A stretch of DNA of 64,000 bases from Escherichia coli (GCF_016026235.1 NZ_CP065613.1); one strand, 5' to 3'. Positions 45,714 to 58,732 are shown, numbered from the stretch's first letter. Translations and numbers: made by a program. The notes: generated by a model not told the origin, from the letters alone.

Positions 45714-46045
45714 TCTGGCTAACATTAGTCTTTGCCAGCTTGCTTAGCGTTGCCGGGCAGTTGTGTCAGAAACAGGCAACCTGCTTTGTGGCAATAAACA
45801 AACGGCGCAAACATATCGTGCTGTGGCTGGGACTGGCGCTGGCTTGTCTTGGTCTTGCCATGGTGCTCTGGCTGCTGGTCTTGCAGAACGTACCGGTAGG
45901 CATTGCCTACCCGATGTTAAGTCTGAATTTTGTCTGGGTGACGCTGGCTTCAGTAAAACTGTGGCACGAACCGGTATCGCCGCGTCACTGGTGTGGGGTG
46001 GCGTTCATTATTGGCGGCATTGTGATCCTCGGGAGTACGGTGTAA
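45710..46045 (+). CDS. arnE: undecaprenyl-phosphate-Ara4N flippase subunit ArnE
   Basis: 111 aa [54 protein letters not shown]... Confidence 0.9.
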   Translation: MIWLTLVFASLLSVAGQLCQKQATCFVAINKRRKHIVLWLGLALACLGLAMVLWLLVLQNVPVGIAYPMLSLNFVWVTLASVKLWHEPVSPRHWCGVAFIIGGIVILGSTV

Positions 46046-46431
46046 TGGGCCTGATGTGGGGATTATTCAGCGTCATTATTGCCTCAGTTGCGCAATTAAG
46101 CCTGGGTTTTGCGGCGAGTCATCTGCCGCCGATGACGCACTTATGGGATTTTATCGCGACGCTGTTAGCTTTTGGGCTGGATGCCCGGATACTGTTACTC
46201 GGGCTGCTGGGTTATCTGCTTTCCGTTTTTTGTTGGTATAAAACGCTACATAAACTTGCGCTAAGCAAAGCCTATGCCTTGCTCAGTATGAGTTATGTGC
46301 TGGTATGGATTGCTTCAATGGTACTTCCCGGCTGGGAAGGGACTTTTTCGCTGAAAGCACTACTGGGAGTAGCCTGTATTATGAGCGGGTTGATGCTGAT
46401 TTTCCTGCCCACGACAAAACAACGTTACTGA
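46045..46431 (+). CDS. arnF: undecaprenyl-phosphate-Ara4N flippase subunit ArnF
   Basis: [41 protein letters not shown]... (128 aa). The track shows it as the C-terminal part of a longer ORF 45763..46431; start set at the ATG overlapping the arnE stop. Confidence 0.85.
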   Translation: MGLMWGLFSVIIASVAQLSLGFAASHLPPMTHLWDFIATLLAFGLDARILLLGLLGYLLSVFCWYKTLHKLALSKAYALLSMSYVLVWIASMVLPGWEGTFSLKALLGVACIMSGLMLIFLPTTKQRY

Positions 46432-46691
46432 GTTTTCCCTGCCACTTTACACTGCCGTTCCCACTCATCGGGGCTATAACAACTTGCAGAGAGGACTTTC
46501 ACCGTGTGCAGCTTTTCACGATTAATACAGTAAAGCGCATTTTGCAAAGGCGAGAGTAAATCCCCCACTTTCACGGCGAAGTCACTCTTCACTTCGGCGA
46601 TCATTTTTATCGCGCCGCCAGCATCGCAGAGCATAAGTACATGTCTGTTATCTTGTTTATTGCAGCACGATTTTTTGACCAGCCATTCCAT
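46425..46691 (-). CDS. pmrD: signal-transduction connector protein PmrD
   Basis: Track ORF 46425..46721 trimmed to [62 protein letters not shown]... (88 aa). Confidence 0.88.
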   Translation of the reverse strand: MEWLVKKSCCNKQDNRHVLMLCDAGGAIKMIAEVKSDFAVKVGDLLSPLQNALYCINREKLHTVKVLSASCYSPDEWERQCKVAGKTQ

Positions 46692-46800
46692 TGTATTATC
46701 CTGTTTGCTAAGAGTTTTCATATCAATTTACAGATTAACAGATAAACTCTTTATCAACGGCAATGGAATGGCAGAACTGAGAAGTGAAACGGAGGGTTAA

Positions 46801-48156
46801 TTATTGCTGACGTTGCACCCACTCTTTTAGCGCCTGACGTGAAATTTTAATACCGCCGTTTTTCAGTTCAGGCGGCAACGTTAACCAACGCACCGGTTGC
46901 TGAAAACGGGCCAGCTTATCTTTCACCCATTCACTAAGATCAACGCTCTCGTGGTCATACTCCATCACCGCCACCGGTCGATGACCAAACTCCTTGTCGG
47001 CAACGGGGACGATAAACACCTGCAAAACCGCAGGATGTGCAGCAATTACGCGCTCGACTTCTTCCGGCTGAATACCCTCTCCGCCACTGAAGAATAGATT
47101 GTCTAAACGTCCTCCAATGGTCAGCTTGCCATTATGCATCTCACCGCGATCGCGCGTAGCGTACCAGCCTTCGTCATTAACCAGTGAAACCAGTTGCCCG
47201 TTACGCCAGTAACCTTCTGCCATACTGGCAGCCCGCAGCCACACTTCATTATTAACGATTTTCACTTCCCGACCCGGCAGCGGCGAACCAACGTCTGCCA
47301 AGCCGTCGGCTTCTTTCGCACACACCGTGGAGGCAAACTCGGTCAGACCATAGCCGCAAAAGCAACGAATCCCCTGCTCGCGCGCCTGTTCCGTCAACTC
47401 GACCGGGATAGCCGCGCCGCCAAGTAACACCGCTTTCAGGGAAACGGAACTGCGGTTAACCAGCAAACGCCAGAGTTGTGTTGGCACCAGTGAAGCGTGA
47501 GTACAGCCTGCCAGCATTTGCTCCAATGGCTGTTTATCACGCACCGTCATCCGCGCACCAGCGTATAACCAGCGCCACATAATTCCCTGACCGGAGACGT
47601 GAAACAGCGGTAAAGAGAGCAACCAGTCATCGTGATCGCCAAACGGAATCAACGATAACACCCCTTCGGCACTGGCAAGATGGGCCTGATAAGTATGGAC
47701 AGCGGCTTTCGGCAACCCGGTAGAACCCGAGGTCAACGTCATTGAGCACAGACGCGTCGGCTGCCACGCAGCGGCATGTGCGCCTTCAACCCGCTGAATG
47801 TGCAGCGACGTTAACGCCGGAAACGTGTTTTCCCCATCCGGCACCAGCGCAAATTGCAGCGTCAGATTGGGCAGCAATTCTTCAAGCAACGGTTGCGGCA
47901 GCTGAGGGTTCACGGGCAACACCCGCGCCCCGCATTGCAGTAACGCCAGCCAGGCGAGCAGCGTTTGCGGCGTATTCCACGCCCGCAACATCACGCCGCT
48001 GCCCTCAACAACGCCCTGCGCCGCAAAGCCGGAGGCTAATTCATCGACGCGAGCACAAAGCTCGCGCCAGTTGAGTTGCTCGTCATTAAGACGTAAGGCG
48101 ATGGTTTCTCCCCGCACTTGCCGCCAGTGACGCCACGGCCAGTCAGAGAAGATCAT
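46801..48156 (-). CDS. menE: o-succinylbenzoate-CoA ligase
   Basis: 451 aa; AMP-binding motif [11 protein letters not shown]. Confidence 0.95.
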   Translation of the reverse strand: MIFSDWPWRHWRQVRGETIALRLNDEQLNWRELCARVDELASGFAAQGVVEGSGVMLRAWNTPQTLLAWLALLQCGARVLPVNPQLPQPLLEELLPNLTLQFALVPDGENTFPALTSLHIQRVEGAHAAAWQPTRLCSMTLTSGSTGLPKAAVHTYQAHLASAEGVLSLIPFGDHDDWLLSLPLFHVSGQGIMWRWLYAGARMTVRDKQPLEQMLAGCTHASLVPTQLWRLLVNRSSVSLKAVLLGGAAIPVELTEQAREQGIRCFCGYGLTEFASTVCAKEADGLADVGSPLPGREVKIVNNEVWLRAASMAEGYWRNGQLVSLVNDEGWYATRDRGEMHNGKLTIGGRLDNLFFSGGEGIQPEEVERVIAAHPAVLQVFIVPVADKEFGHRPVAVMEYDHESVDLSEWVKDKLARFQQPVRWLTLPPELKNGGIKISRQALKEWVQRQQ

Positions 48157-49115
48157 AACAACCGCTCCAGTGCATCAACTTCCACGACAGGCAGCGTGCT
48201 ACCCGGCCAGCGACGTACCTGCTGCGCCTGCATCAGATCCAGCGTGTCCAGCCCTGGAATGGTGTCCGGCGTTAACCAGGCGGCAATCCGCGCCAGTTGC
48301 GTTAAGCCTAAGCTCGATTCAATGGAAGAACTGATCACCGCCGTCAGCCCCAGCGCGTGCGCCGCCTGTACCTGCTCGCGTACTTTTTCCAGACTGCCAG
48401 TGAGCGTGGGTTTGATAACTACCGCGCGCACGCCCTCTTCAGCCACAAAGGCAAAATCCGGCTCGCGCAGGCTTTCATCCCAGGCAATGGCAATGCCGGT
48501 TTCACGGGCAAACGCTCGCGAATCATCGCGGGTTTTGCACGGCTCTTCGAGTAACGCGATGCGGTGGCGATAATCCGGGTTAACGTATTTGGCAAACTGC
48601 TGACCTTTCAGCGGTGTCCAGGCGCGATTTGCGTCAAGACGCAAATGCAGATCCGGAATTGCCTCCAGCAACAGATTCACCACCATGCCGTCGCGCACCG
48701 CTTCGTACAATCCCACTTTGACCTTCGCCACTTTCTCGCCTGGCATATCTGCAAGTTTGAGGATCAGATCGTCCGGATCGCCATTACACAGCGGTGCCGT
48801 ACGGTAATTGGCCGCCTGCGGGAGCGTATCTGCCAGTTCCGCCAATGCACAGCTTACGCCAAAGGCGACGGAAGGCAGCTGCGGTAGCTCGCAATCGCCT
48901 GCCAGCCAGTTATTTACCCAGGCAAGCAGCACACTTTGCGCCTCTTCCCAGGTTTCCTGACTGAAGCCCGGCAGTGGGGAGATCTCCCCCCACCCTTCGC
49001 GCTCGCCCTCACGCAGGCAAACGTACAGCCCGTCGCGGGTTTTTAACCGCCTGTCGCGCAGAACCACCCCCGCGTCCATGGGGATCTGCCAGCGGTATAC
49101 CTGCGCGCTACGCAT
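48153..49115 (-). CDS. menC: o-succinylbenzoate synthase
   Basis: 320 aa [55 protein letters not shown]... Confidence 0.95.
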   Translation of the reverse strand: MRSAQVYRWQIPMDAGVVLRDRRLKTRDGLYVCLREGEREGWGEISPLPGFSQETWEEAQSVLLAWVNNWLAGDCELPQLPSVAFGVSCALAELADTLPQAANYRTAPLCNGDPDDLILKLADMPGEKVAKVKVGLYEAVRDGMVVNLLLEAIPDLHLRLDANRAWTPLKGQQFAKYVNPDYRHRIALLEEPCKTRDDSRAFARETGIAIAWDESLREPDFAFVAEEGVRAVVIKPTLTGSLEKVREQVQAAHALGLTAVISSSIESSLGLTQLARIAAWLTPDTIPGLDTLDLMQAQQVRRWPGSTLPVVEVDALERLL

Positions 49116-49972
49116 TACGGATTCCGTTTGAATTTGCTGAAGTCAGGCTGACGTTTCTGGTTGAAGGCGTTGCGACCTTCCTGACCTTCTTCCGTCATGT
49201 AGAACAGCATGGTGGCGTTGCCCGCCAGCTCCTGCAGACCTGCCTGACCGTCACAGTCGGCGTTCAGTGCAGCTTTCAGGCAGCGCAGCGCCATCGGGCT
49301 GTTTTGCAGCATTTCGCGGCACCAACGGACGGTTTCTTTTTCCAGATCCGCCAGCGGTACCACGGTGTTCACAAGGCCCATATCCAGCGCCTGTTTTGCG
49401 TCGTACTGACGGCACAGGAACCAGATTTCACGCGCTTTTTTCTGCCCGACGATGCGAGCCATGTAGGAAGCGCCCCAGCCGCCGTCGAAGGAACCGACTT
49501 TCGGGCCAGTCTGACCGAAGATGGCATTATCTGCCGCGATAGTCAGGTCGCACATCATGTGCAGAACGTGACCACCGCCGATGGAGTAGCCAGCCACCAT
49601 CGCGACAACCGGTTTCGGACAGGTACGGATCTGACGCTGGAAGTCCAGCACGTTCAGGTGATGTACGCCGGAATCATCTTTATAGCCGCCGTAATCACCA
49701 CGCACTTTCTGGTCACCACCGGAGCAGAACGCTTTATCGCCTGCGCCAGTCAGAATGATCACGCCGACGTTATCGTCATAACGCGCATCTGCCAGTGCCT
49801 GGATCATCTCTTTTACCGTCAGAGGACGGAAGGCATTGCGCACCTGCGGACGATTAATGGTGATTTTTGCGATACCGTCGGTGGATTTTTCATAACGAAT
49901 GTCCTCGAAACCTTCGGAGCAGTCGTGCCATTCAACCGGTGCGTAAAGCATTGCTTCATCAGGATAAATCAT
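49115..49972 (-). CDS. menB: 1,4-dihydroxy-2-naphthoyl-CoA synthase
   Basis: 285 aa [50 protein letters not shown]... (crotonase fold). Confidence 0.97.
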   Translation of the reverse strand: MIYPDEAMLYAPVEWHDCSEGFEDIRYEKSTDGIAKITINRPQVRNAFRPLTVKEMIQALADARYDDNVGVIILTGAGDKAFCSGGDQKVRGDYGGYKDDSGVHHLNVLDFQRQIRTCPKPVVAMVAGYSIGGGHVLHMMCDLTIAADNAIFGQTGPKVGSFDGGWGASYMARIVGQKKAREIWFLCRQYDAKQALDMGLVNTVVPLADLEKETVRWCREMLQNSPMALRCLKAALNADCDGQAGLQELAGNATMLFYMTEEGQEGRNAFNQKRQPDFSKFKRNP

Positions 49973-49986
49973 ATTGTGTCCTTTAG

Positions 49987-50745
49987 TCAGAAACGCAAGA
50001 TCTGCGCCAGACTTGCGATTACGCCAGCGGGATTTTCCCGATGCGCGTTATGTCCGGCGCGAGGAATGACATGGCAGTCGGCAGCCAGTTCCGCCGCCAG
50101 GGCGCGGAATTTGCTGTCACGTTCACCACATAAATAATAAAACGCAAATGTGCGGGCGCTAAGGTTAGCACGTAAATCAGGCTGGACGGCGAGAGAAGTC
50201 GCCTCCAGCATGGCGGCAAGCGTTGCGCCATTATTGTTGCTGCGCAGCGCCACCAGCTCCCGGCGTTGATCGTCATTGAGCGAGGCAAAAACAGGCTGTT
50301 GATACCAGTCGGCAAATACCGCGGTTAATGGTTCGGAACGAAAACGCTGCGCCCATTGGCGATCGGAACGCTGACGTTCCGCGCGTTGTTCAGCATTTTG
50401 CAGCCCCGGATGACCGCCTTCGACAACAACCCCACAAAGCCCCGCCAGCCCCTGGCAAGCGGCCATCATCGCCACCCGTCCACCAAGTGAGTATCCCACC
50501 AACCAGAAGTTAAGGATGTTGTAACTAACCAGGGTTTTACGCAGTAAGTCAGTGACATCATCAAATCCATCGACGCTAATCGCCGCCGAACCACCATGAC
50601 CTGGGAGATCAACATACAACCGTGAGTAGTCGGCAAACGCCTCGCCCACTTCTTGCCATTCGTGGCAATCGCCGGAAAAACCGTGCAAAAACACCAGCCA
50701 GGGTAAACCTGGTTTTCCGTGTTTTGCCTGCGCGTGCAGGATCAT
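49987..50745 (-). CDS. menH: 2-succinyl-6-hydroxy-2,4-cyclohexadiene-1-carboxylate synthase (alpha/beta hydrolase)
   Basis: 252 aa; nucleophile elbow GYSLGGRVA. Confidence 0.93.
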   Translation of the reverse strand: MILHAQAKHGKPGLPWLVFLHGFSGDCHEWQEVGEAFADYSRLYVDLPGHGGSAAISVDGFDDVTDLLRKTLVSYNILNFWLVGYSLGGRVAMMAACQGLAGLCGVVVEGGHPGLQNAEQRAERQRSDRQWAQRFRSEPLTAVFADWYQQPVFASLNDDQRRELVALRSNNNGATLAAMLEATSLAVQPDLRANLSARTFAFYYLCGERDSKFRALAAELAADCHVIPRAGHNAHRENPAGVIASLAQILRF

Positions 50746-52412
50746 AAATGGCTTACCTGCGCCAGAAGTTGCTGGAGCGTTTGCGCACCATCGGTGTCGT
50801 TAACCACCATTTCAATCACCGTGGTGGTTGGCGTGCGCCAGGCGTCGGCAAATGCCGTTTCAAGTTCCTGCCAGTTTTGCGGACGATGATATTTCAGCTC
50901 GAACATCGCGGCGGCGTGCTCAAAATGGACGTTTTGCGGCATCAGATAGAAACGCTCACGCTCGCTTTGCGGCGTTGGCAACAGCGAGAAAATTTGCCCG
51001 CCGTTGTTGTTCACCACAATTAATACCAGCGGCGCGGAAACCTGGCGCAATAACGCCAGTGCATTCAGGTCGTAAAGTGCGGAGAGATCGCCCACAATCG
51101 CCAGCGTCGGTTTGCCACTGGCACGCTGAACGCCGGCGGCAGTAGAAAGCAGTCCGTCGATACCGCTGGCCCCACGGTTGCTGTACACTGGGTAACCTGC
51201 CGGAAGTTGCGAAAGCGCATCAATCAGACGTACCACCAGGCTGTTACCGACAAACAATTGCCCCTGTTCAGGTAAATAGTCGCAGATGCGATGCGCCAGT
51301 TGTGCTTCGCCAAAAGCATCGCGACGGGCAATAACCGCCTGCATTGCCTGTTCCGCCAGGCGCGGAATTTCAACGCACCAGGGCTGGCGTTTTTCTGCCG
51401 GATGCAGTTCCAGCCAGTCGGCAATATTGGCAATTAAGCGGCGTCCACGATGGTGTGCCGGATCAAGCCGCCCTTCGATGTCATCCACAATCCAGTACTC
51501 TTCGGGTTCACAGCTTGCCTGCCATTGCAGGAGCCGTTTGCCCGTCAGGCTGCTTCCCAGTTGCACCACAATTTGCGCCTGTTGCAGTTCGCTGGTCGCT
51601 TTGGCATTGCCTAACCAGAGATCGGCACACGGCAGCGGCTGTCCGGTTTGCGACAGCACGTCGCCAATCAGCGGCCAGCCAAGAGTTTGCGCCCACAGTG
51701 CAACTTTTTTGCCCTCTTCCGCACTCATGCGCCCGGCAACCACCACGCCGCGCTTTTGCCGCCAGAAGAACCAGTCGCGCTGTTTTTCGCTCTCAAGACG
51801 AGGCGCTTCACGCAGCCACGGCTTATCATCCTGCCACCAGTCACCCAGACGCTGTTGCCAGCTAAGCCCAGTGTCGTCCATCTCGCCATACAGCGGTTCA
51901 GCAAACGGGCAGTTGATATGGACCCCACCAGCATGAAGCGTACCGAGAGCATGGTCGATGGTAGAAACCAGCCAACGTGCGGGGATATCCTGGGTCGGGC
52001 GCGGCAGTGAAATACTGTGCGTGGGGTGAGAGGCGAACATTCCCGGCTGACGAATCGCCTGATTCGCGCCGCAGTCAATTAGCTCCGGCGGGCGATCGGC
52101 GGTTAAGAGAATCAGTTTTTCTCCGGTTAACCCGGCTTCAATCAGTGCCGGATAGAGATTTGCCACCGCCGTACCGGAGGTCACAATCACCGCCACCGGC
52201 TGCTTGCTGACTTTCGCCAGCCCCAGCGCCAGATGCCCCTGTCCACGCTCATCGAAATGGGTGTGGTGAATGAATGCGGAATTCTCCGCCGCCGCTAACG
52301 TTAACGGTGTAGAACGCGAGCCAGGGGCGATACAGATGTGTCTTACGCCGTGACGCGTTAATGCTTCCAGAATGACCGCCGCCCAGCGTCGGTTAAATGC
52401 GCTTACTGACAT
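50742..52412 (-). CDS. menD: 2-succinyl-5-enolpyruvyl-6-hydroxy-3-cyclohexene-1-carboxylate synthase
   Basis: Track ORF 50742..52763 trimmed to [44 protein letters not shown]... (556 aa, ThDP enzyme). Confidence 0.93.
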   Translation of the reverse strand: MSVSAFNRRWAAVILEALTRHGVRHICIAPGSRSTPLTLAAAENSAFIHHTHFDERGQGHLALGLAKVSKQPVAVIVTSGTAVANLYPALIEAGLTGEKLILLTADRPPELIDCGANQAIRQPGMFASHPTHSISLPRPTQDIPARWLVSTIDHALGTLHAGGVHINCPFAEPLYGEMDDTGLSWQQRLGDWWQDDKPWLREAPRLESEKQRDWFFWRQKRGVVVAGRMSAEEGKKVALWAQTLGWPLIGDVLSQTGQPLPCADLWLGNAKATSELQQAQIVVQLGSSLTGKRLLQWQASCEPEEYWIVDDIEGRLDPAHHRGRRLIANIADWLELHPAEKRQPWCVEIPRLAEQAMQAVIARRDAFGEAQLAHRICDYLPEQGQLFVGNSLVVRLIDALSQLPAGYPVYSNRGASGIDGLLSTAAGVQRASGKPTLAIVGDLSALYDLNALALLRQVSAPLVLIVVNNNGGQIFSLLPTPQSERERFYLMPQNVHFEHAAAMFELKYHRPQNWQELETAFADAWRTPTTTVIEMVVNDTDGAQTLQQLLAQVSHL

Positions 52413-52500
52413 GAGTTTGTCCGGTATCAATATTGCGGCTAAGTATAAGGAGCTACAAAAATAGATTATTGATATGAATCGGTAATGATGCGACTCATTA

Positions 52501-53796
52501 CTATTCCATTTGTAATAAAGTACGCAGCCCTGCCGCTTTGTTGTCGATTTCCTGCCACTCTTGCTCGGGGTCGGAGCCACGGACAATGCCCGCGCCAGCA
52601 TATAGCCGCACGACATTGCCGCTGATTTTTGCTGAGCGTAGGGAAACGCAGAATTCGCTTTGCTGTAATGAGAGATAGCCCGCAGAACCGGCGTACCATT
52701 CTCGGGTGAACGGTTCGTGACGGGCGATAAACTGTCGCGCCAGATCGCGCGGTAAGCCAGCAACTGCTGCCGTTGGCTGCAACTGATGTAAACAGATCAC
52801 ATCATCCGCTTTGTTGAGTGAAGTCCAGATACAGCGGCGAAGATGCTGCACTTTACGCAGACGCAGTACCTGCGGCGGTAAAACATCCAGCGTCTGGGTA
52901 TCGGCCTGTAATCGTTGGCAGATATCTTCCACCACCAGCATGTTCTCGCGCTGGTTTTTATCATCCGCCATCAGCCACTCTCCTAACTGCTGCGCCTGCT
53001 TATCATCAGGATGATTTGCTACTGTTCCCGCCAGCGCTTCAGTACGCAGCGCTTTGTCACGCCGCCGCCATAACCGTTCCGGTGAAGAGCCAAGAAAAGC
53101 ATTTTCGCCATCAAAGGCCATGTAAAAATGGTAGCAATTGAGATTCAGTCGACGACTGGCAGCCATCATCGCCGCCGCATTGACCGGACTTGCGAAATGC
53201 AGGTCAGTTGCCCGAGCAAGCACCACTTTGTCGAGCTCACCTTCGGCGATGGTTTTCGTTGCCAGTTCGATTAATTGCGTCCAGCCCGTTTTGTCCGGCC
53301 AGTGTTGTTCTCGCGTAGTGGTTAAATGTAACCCAGGCAAGGGCTTGATACTCACCAGTGTGGCGATAAATTCTCTTGCCTTAATCGCATCGTGCTGAAG
53401 GGAGCTTTCGCTGAATAGCGTCAGCCGCAGCGTGGCTTTACCGCCACAGCGTCGCCATTCCAGGCGTGGTAAAAGTAAATTGCCCTGCGACGGGTCAAAC
53501 GCATTCAGCCCCCAAATGCGTAAGTCGGCGTGTTCCGGGTGCTGGCGAAGAAAACGTTGTGCCTGGTCCAACGACGTAAAACGGGTAATCGCGCCCAGGA
53601 CGGCAGCTTCTTCATCACCATTACGTTGTTGCCAGTAGAATTGCGGGTACGTTTGCTGACTGGCCAGCCAGCTCAAGGCATCAAAAGCGTCTTTGAGAGG
53701 GAAAGGAATATCGATAACCCGAATGCCGGGTGTCGCCGGAACCTCTTGCGACAAATGGCGCAGTAGATTTTCCAGCGCCGTAGTAAGTGATTGCAC
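52501..53796 (-). CDS. menF: isochorismate synthase (menaquinone-specific)
   Basis: 431 aa [61 protein letters not shown]... Confidence 0.95.
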   Translation of the reverse strand: MQSLTTALENLLRHLSQEVPATPGIRVIDIPFPLKDAFDALSWLASQQTYPQFYWQQRNGDEEAAVLGAITRFTSLDQAQRFLRQHPEHADLRIWGLNAFDPSQGNLLLPRLEWRRCGGKATLRLTLFSESSLQHDAIKAREFIATLVSIKPLPGLHLTTTREQHWPDKTGWTQLIELATKTIAEGELDKVVLARATDLHFASPVNAAAMMAASRRLNLNCYHFYMAFDGENAFLGSSPERLWRRRDKALRTEALAGTVANHPDDKQAQQLGEWLMADDKNQRENMLVVEDICQRLQADTQTLDVLPPQVLRLRKVQHLRRCIWTSLNKADDVICLHQLQPTAAVAGLPRDLARQFIARHEPFTREWYAGSAGYLSLQQSEFCVSLRSAKISGNVVRLYAGAGIVRGSDPEQEWQEIDNKAAGLRTLLQME

Positions 53797-53874
53797 GCGG
53801 ACCTCTCCCTGTTAAAAGCCTCACATTATACGGGGTACTACAAAAAAAATGCAGTACCCCGGTGTAGGGAGGTT

Positions 53875-54180
53875 TTAACGGCGTGCCAGCAACAGTCCTA
53901 GTACCAGCCCAACGGCCGCACCCACACCAATTCCCTGCCAGGGTTTTTCGTGGACGTAGTCATCAGCACGATAAACAGCCTGCTTCGCCCGATAGTAATA
54001 ACTGTCTGAAGCCTGGCTAACCCGTTTTTTCACATCATCCAGCGCTTTTTCTGCACGCGCTTTCAGCTCAACATATTTCTGATCGGCGGGATCGCCAGAG
54101 GAGCGGAGCACCTCTTCCAGTGTTTCACTAAGCAGCGTCAGGTCGTCATCGATACGTGTATCACCAAACTGATTAGACAT
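53875..54180 (-). CDS. elaB: ribosome-associated tail-anchored membrane protein ElaB
   Basis: 101 aa MSNQFGDTRIDDDLTLLSETLEEVLRSSGDPADQKYVELKARAEKALDDVKKRVSQ...; C-terminal transmembrane segment. Confidence 0.93.
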   Translation of the reverse strand: MSNQFGDTRIDDDLTLLSETLEEVLRSSGDPADQKYVELKARAEKALDDVKKRVSQASDSYYYRAKQAVYRADDYVHEKPWQGIGVGAAVGLVLGLLLARR

Positions 54181-54234
54181 TCTCGTTCTCCATTTGCGTA
54201 AAACCTGTCACTAACTATAGACAAGGGTTATTGA

Positions 54235-54696
54235 TTACGCCTGAATTACCTCGCGTGCCATCCCAATGTGTGGGATACCATCTTCTTCATAGATCTCCGT
54301 CACAGGGATAAAACCGAAACTCTGGTAGAAGTTTTGCAGATGCGCCTGCGCCCCAAGGTAAACAGGCTTATCAGGCCAGTGATGCGTGCATGTGTCGAGG
54401 GTTTTACTCATCAGTTGCTGCCCCACTTTTTCGCCACGCAACGCTTCACTGACAATCACCCGACCTATAACGACCGGCTCAAGATCATCATCACTTTTCA
54501 GAATCCTCGCATACGCCACCAGTTCATCATTTTTCCAACCGAGAATATGGCGATTATCCCCCGTCAAATCATCACCATCGATATCCTGATAAGGGCAATT
54601 CTGCTCGACAACAAACACCGCGCAACGCAGTTGTAATAAGGCATAAAGCTGGGAAACCGATAATTCAGAGTGATGCAGATCTTGCCATTCAATCAT
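54235..54696 (-). CDS. elaA: GNAT-family N-acetyltransferase ElaA
   Basis: 153 aa MIEWQDLHHSELSVSQLYALLQLRCAVFVVEQNCPYQDIDGDDL... Confidence 0.93.
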   Translation of the reverse strand: MIEWQDLHHSELSVSQLYALLQLRCAVFVVEQNCPYQDIDGDDLTGDNRHILGWKNDELVAYARILKSDDDLEPVVIGRVIVSEALRGEKVGQQLMSKTLDTCTHHWPDKPVYLGAQAHLQNFYQSFGFIPVTEIYEEDGIPHIGMAREVIQA

Positions 54697-54761
54697 AATG
54701 CTCTCCTTTTAAGATGTATGCCTTATACTAGCCGGAATATTTTTTGAAACGTGATGAACTC

Positions 54762-55679
54762 ATGGAATTAATTTTTTTAGGTACTTCGGCCGGTGTGCCA
54801 ACCCGCACGCGCAATGTCACGGCAATATTGCTTAACCTGCAACATCCGACCCAGAGCGGACTTTGGTTGTTTGACTGCGGTGAAGGCACCCAGCATCAGC
54901 TACTGCATACCGCCTTTAACCCTGGAAAACTGGACAAGATTTTTATCAGTCACCTTCATGGCGATCATCTTTTTGGTTTACCCGGCTTGCTGTGCAGTCG
55001 TTCTATGTCAGGCATTATCCAACCCTTAACGATTTATGGTCCGCAAGGTATCCGTGAATTTGTGGAGACCGCGCTGCGGATTAGCGGCTCATGGACCGAT
55101 TATCCGCTGGAAATTGTCGAAATTGGCGCTGGCGAAATTCTCGACGATGGCCTGCGCAAAGTGACCGCTTATCCAATGGAACACCCACTGGAATGTTATG
55201 GCTATCGTATTGAAGAACATGATAAACCGGGTGCATTAAATGCCCAGGCATTAAAAGCTGCTGGCGTGCCGCCTGGCCCACTGTTTCAGGAATTAAAAGC
55301 GGGCAAAACAATCACGCTGGAAGATGGAAGGCAGATTAACGGCGCAGATTACTTAGCTGCTCCAGTGCCAGGTAAAGCGCTCGCTATTTTCGGCGATACC
55401 GGCCCCTGCGATGCCGCACTTGACCTGGCTAAAGGTGTCGATGTCATGGTGCACGAAGCGACGCTGGATATAACCATGGAAGCCAAAGCCAATAGTCGCG
55501 GCCATAGCTCTACACGCCAGGCTGCGACACTGGCCCGTGAGGCTGGAGTCGGTAAGCTAATCATTACCCACGTCAGCTCGCGCTATGATGACAAAGGTTG
55601 TCAGCACCTGTTACGTGAATGCAGGTCAATTTTCCCGGCGACTGAACTAGCGAATGATTTCACCGTGTTTAACGTTTAA
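54762..55679 (+). CDS. rbn: ribonuclease BN / RNase Z (metallo-beta-lactamase fold)
   Basis: Track ORF 54744..55679 trimmed to [26 protein letters not shown]...; HxHxDH motif [10 protein letters not shown]. Confidence 0.93.
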   Translation: MELIFLGTSAGVPTRTRNVTAILLNLQHPTQSGLWLFDCGEGTQHQLLHTAFNPGKLDKIFISHLHGDHLFGLPGLLCSRSMSGIIQPLTIYGPQGIREFVETALRISGSWTDYPLEIVEIGAGEILDDGLRKVTAYPMEHPLECYGYRIEEHDKPGALNAQALKAAGVPPGPLFQELKAGKTITLEDGRQINGADYLAAPVPGKALAIFGDTGPCDAALDLAKGVDVMVHEATLDITMEAKANSRGHSSTRQAATLAREAGVGKLIITHVSSRYDDKGCQHLLRECRSIFPATELANDFTVFNV

Positions 55680-55698
55680 CTCTGCTTATTATTAAAAA

Positions 55699-55719
55699 CA
55701 GGGCGAAACTTGCCCTGTT
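55699..55719 (+). terminator. candidate hairpin after rbn
   Basis: acagggc-gaaactt-gccctgt dyad; weak downstream U-tract (ttatcg). Confidence 0.35.
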
Positions 55720-55876
55720 ATCGCAACCCGCGCTACATATATCCACTCACACGGGCATATTGAGCGATTTTTGATATTTATTCATCTCCTTACGCACTAT
55801 ATTCAGAGCAATAAGTTGCCTCTTTTTATCTTCATTCAGCACAACCTTTGCAACTATTTGCAACTAAAAGGAGCAT

Positions 55877-57097
55877 ATGATGGTTACAGTTGTCAGCAAT
55901 TATTGTCAATTATCTCAAACCCAACTCAGTCAGACATTTGCAGAAAAATTTACTGTGACCGATGAATTACTGCAGTCTTTAAAAAAAACAGCGTTATCCG
56001 GAGATGAAGAAAGTATTGAGTTACTGCATAATATTGCGTTAGGTTATGATGAATTTGGAAAAAAAGCTGAAAATATTCTTTGCCATATTGTTAGAAACCC
56101 AACAAATGATACCCTATCGATTATCAAGCTTATAAAAAATGCCTGTTTAAAATTATATAATTTGGCACATACCGCAACCAATTCCCACCTTAAACCAACT
56201 GCTCCGGATAATTCAGATGATCTCCTGTTCAAAAAGCTATCCTCCCCTTCGAAATTAATGACAATTATCGGCGATGAAATTCCTCTTATATCTGAAAAAC
56301 AGTCGCTTTCGAAGGTACTTTTAAATGATGAGAATAATGAACTGAGTGATGGTACAAACTTCTGGGATAAAAATCGTCAATTAACCACAGATGAAATAGA
56401 TTGCTATCTTCAGAAGATCGCCGCTAATGCAAAAAATACTCAAGTCAATTATCCTACTGGTCTCTACGTCCCCTACTCCACCAGAACTCATCTGGAAGAC
56501 GCTCTCAATGATAATATTAAGAGCGATCCATCATGGCCGAAAGAAGTCCAGTTATTCCCCATAAATACTGGCGGACACTGGATATTAGTTTCGCTACAGA
56601 AAATAGTAAATGAAAAAAATAATACACAACAAATTAAATGCGTCATATTCAACTCATTGTGCGCACTAGGCCATGATAAAGAAAATTCACTTAAGCATGT
56701 CATTAATAGTTTTAATTCTGAACTCATAGGAGAAATGTCGAATAATAATATAAAAGTTCATTTAACTGAACCCGAGATAATATTTTTACATGCCGATCTT
56801 CAGCAACATTTAAGCCAAAGTTGCGGTGCATTTGTGTGCATGGCAGCCCAGGAAGTGATTGAACAAAGGGAAAGCTATTCTGACAGCGCCCCCTATACGT
56901 TATTAAAAAACTATGCTGACAGATTTAAAAAATATTCAGCAGAAGAGCAGTACGAAATTGATTTTCAACATCGACAGGTAAACAGAAATTGTTATTTAGA
57001 TAAATATGGCGATGCAAATATCAATCATTATTATAGAAACTTAGAAATAAAACACGCACAACCCAAAAATAGAGCATCAAGCAAAAGAGTAAGTTAA
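55877..57097 (+). CDS. elaD: deubiquitinase-like cysteine protease ElaD
   Basis: 406-aa [40 protein letters not shown]...; catalytic region ...[10 protein letters not shown]...; AT-rich, Asn/Lys-rich composition unlike neighbouring genes. Confidence 0.9.
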   Translation: MMVTVVSNYCQLSQTQLSQTFAEKFTVTDELLQSLKKTALSGDEESIELLHNIALGYDEFGKKAENILCHIVRNPTNDTLSIIKLIKNACLKLYNLAHTATNSHLKPTAPDNSDDLLFKKLSSPSKLMTIIGDEIPLISEKQSLSKVLLNDENNELSDGTNFWDKNRQLTTDEIDCYLQKIAANAKNTQVNYPTGLYVPYSTRTHLEDALNDNIKSDPSWPKEVQLFPINTGGHWILVSLQKIVNEKNNTQQIKCVIFNSLCALGHDKENSLKHVINSFNSELIGEMSNNNIKVHLTEPEIIFLHADLQQHLSQSCGAFVCMAAQEVIEQRESYSDSAPYTLLKNYADRFKKYSAEEQYEIDFQHRQVNRNCYLDKYGDANINHYYRNLEIKHAQPKNRASSKRVS

Positions 57098-57473
57098 CAT
57101 CATTGTTAATTAATTCGACTAGTCAGTAAATATGCTGACTGGTCGAACATAGTTTACTAAAAAGTCATCACTGACTGATCATCCGCCAGTTCAATCTTCG
57201 GGTATTTCCAGCGTATCTCGGCACGCGATTGCTGGTCTGTTGATGTAGTGGATTGTTGTTGCTGACTTTTTTACCCTCAGATTTCTGCCCCCTGTCAACT
57301 CAATCTGCCAATAAATAACATAATTATATTTTTCCTTATATGAATTCCTTTTTAAAATAGCGAAGCCACTGTAAAAGATACTTTTTGTATAGATCTAACA
57401 ACCGTAATAAAATAAACACTCATAACTCATTATAAATAATGATAAATTAACGCCTTTTATTGATAATTTACAA

Positions 57474-58112
57474 ATGAAAAAATTTTCCTTTTGTTATATT
57501 ATTTCTGTTTTCACTCCCTCTGATTATTTTTTACCAACCCTGGGTCACTGCATTATCGCCAACGCCCCGACACGTAATTCCTGAGCAATTAGAAAAAATA
57601 GTTCGTTATCTTACACAAACTGTGCATCCACGTAATGCCGACAATAATGATAATCTGAATAGGTCCGTAGAGTATATAAAAGAGGTCTTTGTCAGTAGCG
57701 GTGCCAGAGTTACCGCGCAGGACGTCCCCGATTGGCTATTACGACTCTGCGCCTAGTAGCCAGGATTACCCTTACCCGCAATGTCCTGGCTTTGTCCCGA
57801 TCGGGGGGACTTTATTGCCTGGTCGGCAGAATACAGGATATCAACGCCGTTCGTCAGGTAAAAACGGCATTGTTATCATCCCGGGATTTATCTGTTTATT
57901 CTATGAATGCCCCATGGTTTATTAACGGTATTAATTTCTCTGACCGCCTTAATTATTGGCAACACGATATTCCCGCCGTAATGATTACTGACACCGCTTT
58001 TTATCGTAATAAACAAAACTACTTGCCCGGTGATATCGCAGACAGATTGAATTATCAGAAAATGGCTCAGGTGGTGGATGGTGTTATAACCTTGTTACAC
58101 AACAGTAAATAA
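57474..58112 (+). pseudogene. yfbL: remnant of M28-family peptidase gene yfbL (frameshifted and shortened)
   Basis: ATG at 57474 (MKKFSFCYIISVF..., signal-peptide-like) reaches a stop after about 33 codons. The downstream protein-like sequence is spread over two other frames (57689..57925 and 57732..58112, the latter ending ...MITDTAFYRNKQNYLPGDIADRLNYQKMAQVVDGVITLLHNSK). Confidence 0.6.
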
Positions 58113-58214
58113 TAAAAATTTCTCGAGGCGGGTCCAGAAACAGCGACATGTACATTTTATTTTCCCTCGTCTGTTTTAAGATGCGAAACATAAAATTCAA
58201 TGGAGGAAAAATAA

Positions 58215-58718
58215 ATGGGAATGATTGGTTATTTTGCAGAAATTGACTCAGAAAAGATTAACCAACTGCTTGAGTCTACTGAAAAACCTTTGATGGATAA
58301 TATACATGACACGCTTTCAGGATTACGCCGACTGGATATTGATAAACGCTGGGATTTTTTACACTTTGGGCTGACAGGCACCTCTGCGTTCGATCCAGCG
58401 AAGAATGATCCGCTGAGTCGTGCCGTGCTTGGTGAACACAGCCTCGAAGATGGTATAGATGGTTTCCTGGGATTGACATGGAATCAGGAGTTAGCCGCGA
58501 CAATCGACCGACTGGAATCACTGGATCGAAGTGAGCTGCGTAAAAAGTTTTCCATTAAGCGACTCAATGAAATGGAGATTTATCCGGGAGTGACCTTTTC
58601 AGAAGAGTTAGAGGGGCAACTCTTTGCTTCGATCATGCTTGATATGGAAAAGCTGATTAGCGCGTATCGACGTATGCTGCGACAAGGGAATCATGCGCTG
58701 ACGGTTATTGTTGGGTGA
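58215..58718 (+). CDS. yfbM: DUF1877 family protein YfbM
   Basis: 167 aa MGMIGYFAEIDSEKINQLLESTEKPLMDNIHDTLSGLRRLDIDKRWDFLHFGLTG... Confidence 0.88.
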   Translation: MGMIGYFAEIDSEKINQLLESTEKPLMDNIHDTLSGLRRLDIDKRWDFLHFGLTGTSAFDPAKNDPLSRAVLGEHSLEDGIDGFLGLTWNQELAATIDRLESLDRSELRKKFSIKRLNEMEIYPGVTFSEELEGQLFASIMLDMEKLISAYRRMLRQGNHALTVIVG

Positions 58719-58732
58719 TGGTGTCAGGGCAC

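Noticed and set aside
48974-50137. 387-aa plus-strand ORF antisense to menC, menB and menH
   Set aside because: It spans three well-recognised men genes on the other strand, including their junctions, and has no homology-like features.
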